64,000 nucleotides of DNA from Eledone cirrhosa (taxonomy: Eukaryota): positions 371,566,001 to 371,630,000 of the forward strand of contig OZ024741.1 of assembly GCA_964016885.1 (NCBI GenBank), written 5' to 3'. Below, one piece after another: positions 57,068 through 64,000 of this stretch (position 1 is its first letter; each line of letters opens with the position of its first letter). The notes below the pieces were generated by a model that worked only from the letters and a program-made list of their open reading frames with translations, did no database searches and was not told the DNA's origin. A program made the translations under genes and the position numbers.

Positions 57068-58395
57068 AGTGACATAGACCGCCTTTACTTGAAACGTAAG
57101 CAGGGAGGCAGAGGCCTAACATCAGTCCAGACAACATTTGAATGTCGCATCATATCTCTCCGATATCATCTACGAACCTCGAAGCGTAGGAGCCCGCTTC
57201 TCGAGCAAGTCTATCTGCATGAAACAGATAAGATCATGAGAGTTGGGAAGGAACTCCTCGAGAGATATTCCCTGTGTGATAATCAAAAACTCACACCCAG
57301 GGATGTCGCTCAGCAGTATCGCAGTGAATCCATGGAAGAAAAACTGCATACCTATCAGCAAAAAATCATGCATGGATATGTTGCCAGGAAGCTCCAGAGT
57401 GAGAGTAATATAGATAAGGAAAGTAGTCTATCTTGGACCAACAACCACTATATTGGCTCCCACTTTGAAGGATACGCTTTCGCAATCCAAGAACAGGAGA
57501 TTAGGAGATTAGCACGAAATACCTGGTTCACAAAAGAGATAGGGATGCAGGCAAAACACCTAGATGTGATAACAAGTGCAGACTCTGCAGAACTAACATC
57601 GAGGATATCACCCATGTCATCAGTAGCTGCACAAAGATGTCATCGCGGTACTATCTACCTATGAGGCATGATGTAGTGGCCAAAACACTGTACAATGCAG
57701 TTCGTAAAAAAGATAGCCCCGATAATAAGCACATTAAAAGCTACAACAATGTGGAAGACATCCATGTACATAATATGAAAGAGTACTGGTGGAATGTTCC
57801 AGTAAAAACCCCAATAAAATGCAGGCATAACAGACCAGATATTATGATATGGGACAGGTAGAAGAAAGCATGCACAGTAGTGGAAATTAGCTGCCCAGCA
57901 GATGCCAATATAATATCAAAGATTAGTGAAAAGGAGAATATTTATGCAGAACTGATGAGAAATCTGCAGATACTCCACCCTGATTACACCTTCAGATTTA
58001 TACCTCTGATTATTGGGGCACTGGGATATGTTAGTAACTGATTCAATACAAATCTTGAGAAGCTAGGCTTCACAGGAACAGAAAGAACACAACTAGTTAA
58101 GAAATTACAAGTACAATCAATTAATGGAACAGTAAAAATATGTAAAACATTCCAAAAATTTTGCATCTAATAACTGCATATACACATGTACAGATACAAA
58201 GCATATACACATGCACACATACAACTCAAAACATACACATCCACACATACAATAACATCCATATCTACACATGCATGCATATATACATATCTACCTAGTT
58301 GATGTGTAAATTCCAATGAGAGAGTCTTGTGTCTATGTTAGAAACCGACTCTCTCTCTATTGGTAAAACTTTGTGAAATTATAAAACCAGAAGAA
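57068..58395 (+). mobile_element. Second R4/Dong-like subfamily, 3' portion
   Basis: DIDRLYLKRKQGGRGL, EGYAFAIQEQE, MSSRYYLPMRHD, HNRPDIMIWD; (CATA)n at both ends. Confidence 0.88.
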
Positions 58396-58396
58396 C

Positions 58397-58429
<33 letters not shown>

Positions 58430-58521
58430 CATAGATATATATACATACATACATAGTTACATATATACATATATACATACACACATTCATTTATAAGTAA
58501 AAAATATGAATTCATACATAC

Positions 58522-58745
58522 ATGATGGCTGCAACACGATTTCGAATAATGCCATCTCTTGATACTCAACCGGATGTGACATTTTAGTCCTGCTTGGGAC
58601 TTGTCTTTGTCCAGCCATGTCCAGCCATCGCAAAAGCATATCACATATCAAGCGATGCCTGTGCTTCAAGATTTTTTATGTGAGAAAAGATTTCGCACGG
58701 AGCCATTCCCACTCTCTGAACATCGAATGCATTTACCCAAAAGGT
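58522..58745 (-). mobile_element. Old diverged relative of the 607-bp family
   Basis: ATGATGGCTGC..TTTCGA..TGTGAC.TTTTAGTCC..ATGCCTGTGC..TCCCACTCTCT blocks in the same order. Confidence 0.6.
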
Positions 58746-59819
58746 AGAACTGGTAGACAGTCACACACTTACACACACACACACACAGATGCGCGAGCGC
58801 GCTCACGCACGCATGCACATACATACGTATATGCATGCAAATATGTAATCATACACTCATGTACCAATGAGACATAAATATATTAAGGGATACACCCACA
58901 CATATATACACATAGTAACTCACACTTATATATTCATAAATCCCTAGGAGTGTCTTGACTCAAACAAAGAAGTTTTAGTTTGAGGCTTACGCAGATGAAT
59001 GGCTGAGTCGTTAAAGCATGAGGAAAATGGTTTGTAGTATGTGCTGAGTTCAAATCTTGACGAGGTCAACTTCGCGTTTCAACCTATCTGGATCGATAAA
59101 AAAAAGTACCAGTAAAATACTGGAGTCTATATAATCAACATTTCCTTTCCCCCTAAATCTCGTGCCAATGTTAGAAAGAATTATTACGATATACACATTT
59201 AGTTATTGTTAAAAGGTGCTGTCAAACCCGGAGCATTCTCTGTGTGTTTTCTCATATGGTTTAGTGTGGGAATTAATTTCTTTAAATTTCGATTCTTTCG
59301 ATCATCCCTTGAATATTTATAAAAAGGGAATATTTTGAATTTGCTGTTCCCGCAATTTTCTAAATGTTCACTTAGCTTGACTTTCCTTAATTCCTCTTTT
59401 CGCATGTGTTGTTTGTGTGCCCTGATTCGTTCACACAGTGAGTTACTGGTCTGTGGATAAAACCAACATCACTAAATTCAAATTAAATTATTCTAAAAGT
59501 TTATACAGTTACACTAAATGATAAAAATGCTGTTCGTTTGTATCAATGCAAGCACGACCTCGTTGAAATAGGGAATGGCACAATTAAGCTAATAATAGAC
59601 CAACCGTTGTTTATATATTAAAGGTCTGCATCGGCCATAATTGACCATGGACTTGTACTTGAAAATTCATATCCAAGAAACACGGCTAGCCAAGGTATTT
59701 TGTGGAATATTAGTTATCCCTCTACGAGGCCATCATTGTTGTCCGGAGGAATTGCAAAAGCTGATAGAGTGTGGCATTAGCGTTGTGGCATCTTATTTCT
59801 GCCAACTGAATGAAATAGA

Positions 59820-60005
59820 ATAATTGTTTCTACTTTAGGAACAAGGCCAGCAATTACCCAGTGCATTACTGGTACTTTATTTTATCGACCCCGTAAGGAT
59901 GAAAGGCAAAGTCAACCTCGGCGGGATTTGAACTCAGATCGTAAAGGGACGTAACTATGCTGGAAAGCATGGCGTCCGACCCTCTACCGATACTGCAAAT
60001 CCACT
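59820..60005 (-). mobile_element. tRNA-derived Nin-domain SINE
   Basis: Same A box, B box and core as the other copies. Confidence 0.85.
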
Positions 60006-60127
60006 GAATGAAATAGAATAATGTAGAATAAAGTGTCTTGTTCGAGGACACATCGCCGCATCCCACAGCCTGGGAATCGATCTCACAACCTTACGTTCAC
60101 TTTAGTCTTGTTTAATAATCATATGTG

Positions 60128-60250
60128 AAGGCGTGTGGCTGATTGGTTAGAGAACTGAATTTGCAATCGTGAGGTTGTCAGTTCGATTCCTGGACCAGGC
60201 GATGCGTTATGTCCTTGAGCAAGACATTTTATTTCACGTTGCTCCTTCTG
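60128..60250 (+). mobile_element. Second tRNA-headed SINE family
   Basis: GAAGGCGTGTGGCT..TGGTTAGAG..AGTTCGATTCCTGGACC..TCCTTGAGCAAGACA. Related pieces near 46497-46770, 48050-48125, 60525-60640 and 61005-61265. Confidence 0.7.
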
Positions 60251-61485
60251 CCTGGAGTTGCGGCCGATAGATAGTATTAGCAATTAGAAAGACCAACGGA
60301 AACATTGTTTCCTCGGTCCGATTTGACGAAAGTCGATCGACACATGTTTTAATATTTATAATGACCATGTGAGTACACAGAGGAAACTCTGGTGTAACAA
60401 GACTACATGTTGGCTTTAATAACAAAAATTGTTAATCTTTATTCTGGTAATAAGTACTCATTCTGTAATTCAAAGAGCCAATCTTGTCACACACTGTGTC
60501 ACACTGAATCTCCCTGAGAACTCCGTTAAGGGTAAGCGTGTCTGAGGAATACAATACTTAGCCACATCCGCGTTAATTTCACGAGCAATTTGTTCCATAA
60601 TTCAAATAACTGGACACTTTTCGTCTGAACGGACGGAAGTCCTTCACATATATAAACATTATGACAGAATTTTAACGACATAGTACTTTGTGGTTTGAAG
60701 CAACAGGCATCTGTTGATTTACAATGTTTTAAACAACTTCTCATTGTGTTCTCTTTCCGCTGCACTTAGTTGGAGGTTGTTGCCACAGTGGTATTTTTCA
60801 AATTTTAAACAGATAGGCGACACTAATAAACGAAAACGTATACTTCTATGTGTATCTTTACTCATGCTGTGTATCATTCCTTTGAGACTGACAAAGCCAG
60901 TTAACAGTGACAGATGGCTCGGTGAAAATATTTCCGACACTTCAGATACATTAAGAAGTACCATGGATTATTCTACATACAACAGCTCGTTGGATTTCCG
61001 ACAAGTGTTTCCAGTTGTTCAGACAACGGAACAACCTGCACGTGAAAGGAATGGGCATTTTACAGACATGCTTAGTATCCTTTATATAGTTCTTTGGGAT
61101 ATGTAGACTGACGTGGTATGTGACAATTTCAATTACAACTCATTTTTGCCAGCTGCATTGATTGGAGCAACGTGAAATAAAGCGTCTTGTTCAAGGATAC
61201 AAGGCGGCAACAGGAATCGAACTTCCAACATTACGATCGGGAACCAATCATCCTCTAAGCCACCAACCTATACACGCACTCAGATAGGCACACACATGCA
61301 CGCACAAACACACACGAGGAATCCCTCGTTAAAAACATACATAAACAAAGTAAAAATATATAACACGCGTGTTCGCGCACACATACACATATATATAATC
61401 AAGCACAATACACACACACACACATACACACACAAGAATACATACAGACACATACACATATATACAATCACGCACAATTACACAC

Positions 61486-61570
<85 letters not shown>

Positions 61571-61935
61571 GAATACAAACAGACACATGCATATTACACG
61601 TTAGCAAAGTACATTTGTACACACATAATCACACAGTGATGTCTATCTCACCCAGAATGTTAACCCGGGTGGCTTTCAATGTGATGTGATAGCATAAGGG
61701 TCTCTTCTAACTTTGAACCAGAAATTTGAGATTTTACAAGAGAATAAATAAATAAATACAATATCATAACATATCCCACAGTGGAAGTCAACTTAATACT
61801 CAATCTCCCCTTCTTTTTCTTTTGCCTTTATTTCTTTTCTTATCTTCTGTTCTTCCTTTGAAATTCGTTTTTTTATTATTTTATTTCACACAGACACACA
61901 CACCCGTGTATGTATATATATATATACACACACAC

Positions 61936-61972
<37 letters not shown>

Positions 61973-62058
61973 GTGTTAATAATAAATTTGAAGACTAAAA
62001 TCCAAAGTGGGCTCGATAAGGATAAATATATATCAGATATATAAGAACCGTAGAGCAA

Positions 62059-62203
62059 ATATTTATTAAAATAACAGATTAAAGTTTAAGCAAAGAATCG
62101 CTGCTTTCACTCTTAACGGGATCTTCTGAAACTCAGAAGATCCCGTTAAGGGTGAAAGCACCGATTCTTTGCTTAAACTTTAATCTGTTATTTTAATAAA
62201 TAT
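62059..62203. repeat. ~70-bp-arm fold-back with a degenerate hammerhead-like core
   Basis: Arms 62059-62128 and 62134-62203; CAGAAGA-T-CCC(gttaa)GGG-T-GAAA; adjacent to (TA)n. Confidence 0.6.
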
Positions 62204-62217
62204 ATATATATATATAT

Positions 62218-62430
62218 AACGAAGGAGGTGTGATAAGGAACCAGATGGACCATAACGCACCAGAGTAGTCAATACTTAGGGTAGTAGAGTGGGTAATAGG
62301 AAAAAGTTTAACCCCGACGGCAGAGCTCAAGCCGTTTCGACGGCTATTTCTGGACTCGACGGCTATTTCTGTCCAGAAATACTCGTCAAAACGGCTTGAG
62401 CTCTGTCGTCGGGGTTAAACTTTTTCCTAT
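62218..62430 (-). mobile_element. ~200-bp hairpin element, copy 5
   Basis: Same body; arm variant AGGAAAAAGTTTAACCCC/GGGGTTAAACTTTTTCCT; small duplication in the centre. Confidence 0.85.
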
Positions 62431-62485
62431 ATATATATATATATATATAGTTAAAAGAATAGAGGTGTAACACACAAGTTATTAT

Positions 62486-62570
62486 ATATTGGTAAACGGA
62501 ATAGAAAATGCTGACAAATTGTTCACAATTGAACAATTTGTCAGCATTACTATTCCGTTTACCAATATAT
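62486..62570. repeat. ~40-bp-arm fold-back next to (TA)n
   Basis: ATTGGTAAACGGAATAG..ATGCTGACAAATTGTTCA-caat-TGAACAATTTGTCAGCAT..CTATTCCGTTTACCAAT. Confidence 0.7.
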
Positions 62571-62587
62571 ATATATATATATATACA

Positions 62588-62682
<95 letters not shown>

Positions 62683-62877
62683 GTGTATTTAAACATATAT
62701 ATATACATTTATTTATTTATATATAGAGAGAGAGAGACATGTATATATGTTTATGAATATGTATGTGATATATGTAGAATATGATCATATGTAAATGTTT
62801 ATTAGATATATGTATGTATGCATGTAAGTATGTATGTATACGTATGTAAGAATGTATATATTCTTCAAACTGGAGAT

Positions 62878-62951
<74 letters not shown>

Positions 62952-63269
62952 ACTCAGTCTTGAACTTAAATTCTCTTATCGAGTGGTCGTAGATTTTCTT
63001 ACCTTAAGTTGCTCGCACATTGCTCGGTTTGTATTTTTTTTTCGCTGTTTTTTCACTGTTTTCTCTTTTTTTCCCTTTTGTTTTCCTTCTCTCCCTCCTC
63101 CGTTTTCCCAATAACTTACCCAGTTATTGACGCCCTGGGCGGTAGATATCTTGTCTTTAAAGCGTAGAAATATCCGAGATCCCCAGTAGACAACTGATGA
63201 GGAAAACTCCCCACTCACGTTCTTGCACACCTGTGTCTACTAACCTATTTTTTTCCATTGAAGTTCGAA

Positions 63270-63363
63270 GTTTTGAACCTGTGATGCGCGGGAAGTAACT
63301 TTCACACATTCTAACAGACCAAAGGTCGACTTACACCCGGGCAACGCCGGGTACTTCTGCTAG
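63270..63363 (+). mobile_element. Helitron-like 3' terminus
   Basis: CCCGGGCAACGCCGGG hairpin then CTAG|T, like 14568-14594; the 5' boundary is not determined. Confidence 0.55.
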
Positions 63364-63607
63364 TATATATATATATATATAGACATATTTGATTTGTAAG
63401 TATGTATGTCTATATGTGAGTTGCTGTGTGTGTTTATATATAAACATATCTGTTTGTAAAGTTGTATGTAGATAAAAACATACATACCTAATATACACAC
63501 ACACATCTATATATGTATGTGTGTCTGTGTGTGTGTATGTGTGTGTATACATATATATATATATATATGTATGTATGTATGTATATATGTATATGTGCGT
63601 ATGTGTA

Positions 63608-64000
63608 CAGGGTGCGGACGGTATTTGAGGACACATGTATTTTTAGTCATTATTTTATTTGACTAATTTTTATTGAATTTCCATTTCAGAAAATAACAAT
63701 GAAAATAACTATGCTTACTAATGAAGTTGCAAGATCTTTTGTCCACAAGATTCGGTGTGAGTTAGAGAAAGAAGATGGAAGCATATTACCTGTATCAAAA
63801 CGTAAAAAACATTCCAAACGCTCTGATTCTATCAGGACACCTGAATTTATTCTGGAAGTTAAGCAAAACATTGATGACAATCCAGGGAAATCAATGAGGT
63901 CAATTGCAAAAAACTTTGGTGTGTCAGAAAAAACAATCAGAAATGTTGTGCATGAAGACATCAGACACAAATCTTATGTGATGAGAAGAGGTCAATTCAT
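63608..64000 (+). mobile_element. Tc1/mariner-superfamily transposon left end with N-terminal transposase (HTH)
   Basis: TA|CAGGGTG TIR start. The frame from 63699 reads ..RSDSIRTPEFILEVKQNIDDNPGKSMRSIAKNFGVSEKTIRNVVHEDIRHKSYVMRRGQF and runs off the window. Confidence 0.85.

Noticed and set aside
63184-63241. CTGATGAG enclosed by AGTAGACA/TGTCTACT
   Set aside because: No correctly placed stem II-GAAA-stem III.

Overview
AT-rich eukaryotic genomic DNA, very dense in microsatellites and transposons. The tRNA-derived Nin-domain SINEs suggest an octopus or other cephalopod (inference). No host gene is supportable, and most ORFs in the track are microsatellite or antisense artefacts. Recognisable parts: three R4/Dong-like RLE non-LTR retrotransposons in (TACA)n; an RTE LINE with three C-terminal C2H2 fingers plus 6-7 copies of a ~607-bp non-coding RTE-derived element; a near full-length Tx1/L1-like element in (TATC)n; CRE-like, CR1-like, Helitron, hAT-MITE and Tc1/mariner pieces; and many SINEs. 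The main hidden signal is a set of unrelated short non-coding elements embedded in (TA)n arrays. Many carry type I hammerhead ribozyme folds readable by eye (4775, 6639, 21203, 25302, 26992, 29866, 55072 and weaker cases). They occur as fold-back inverted repeats or as partial tandem monomers of ~310 and ~610 bp, resembling Penelope-like pLTR or retrozyme elements. One five-copy family folds back exactly at the predicted hammerhead stem II. Several cores share a non-canonical U-U at the base of stem II. All ribozyme calls are manual structure readings, not tested activities.
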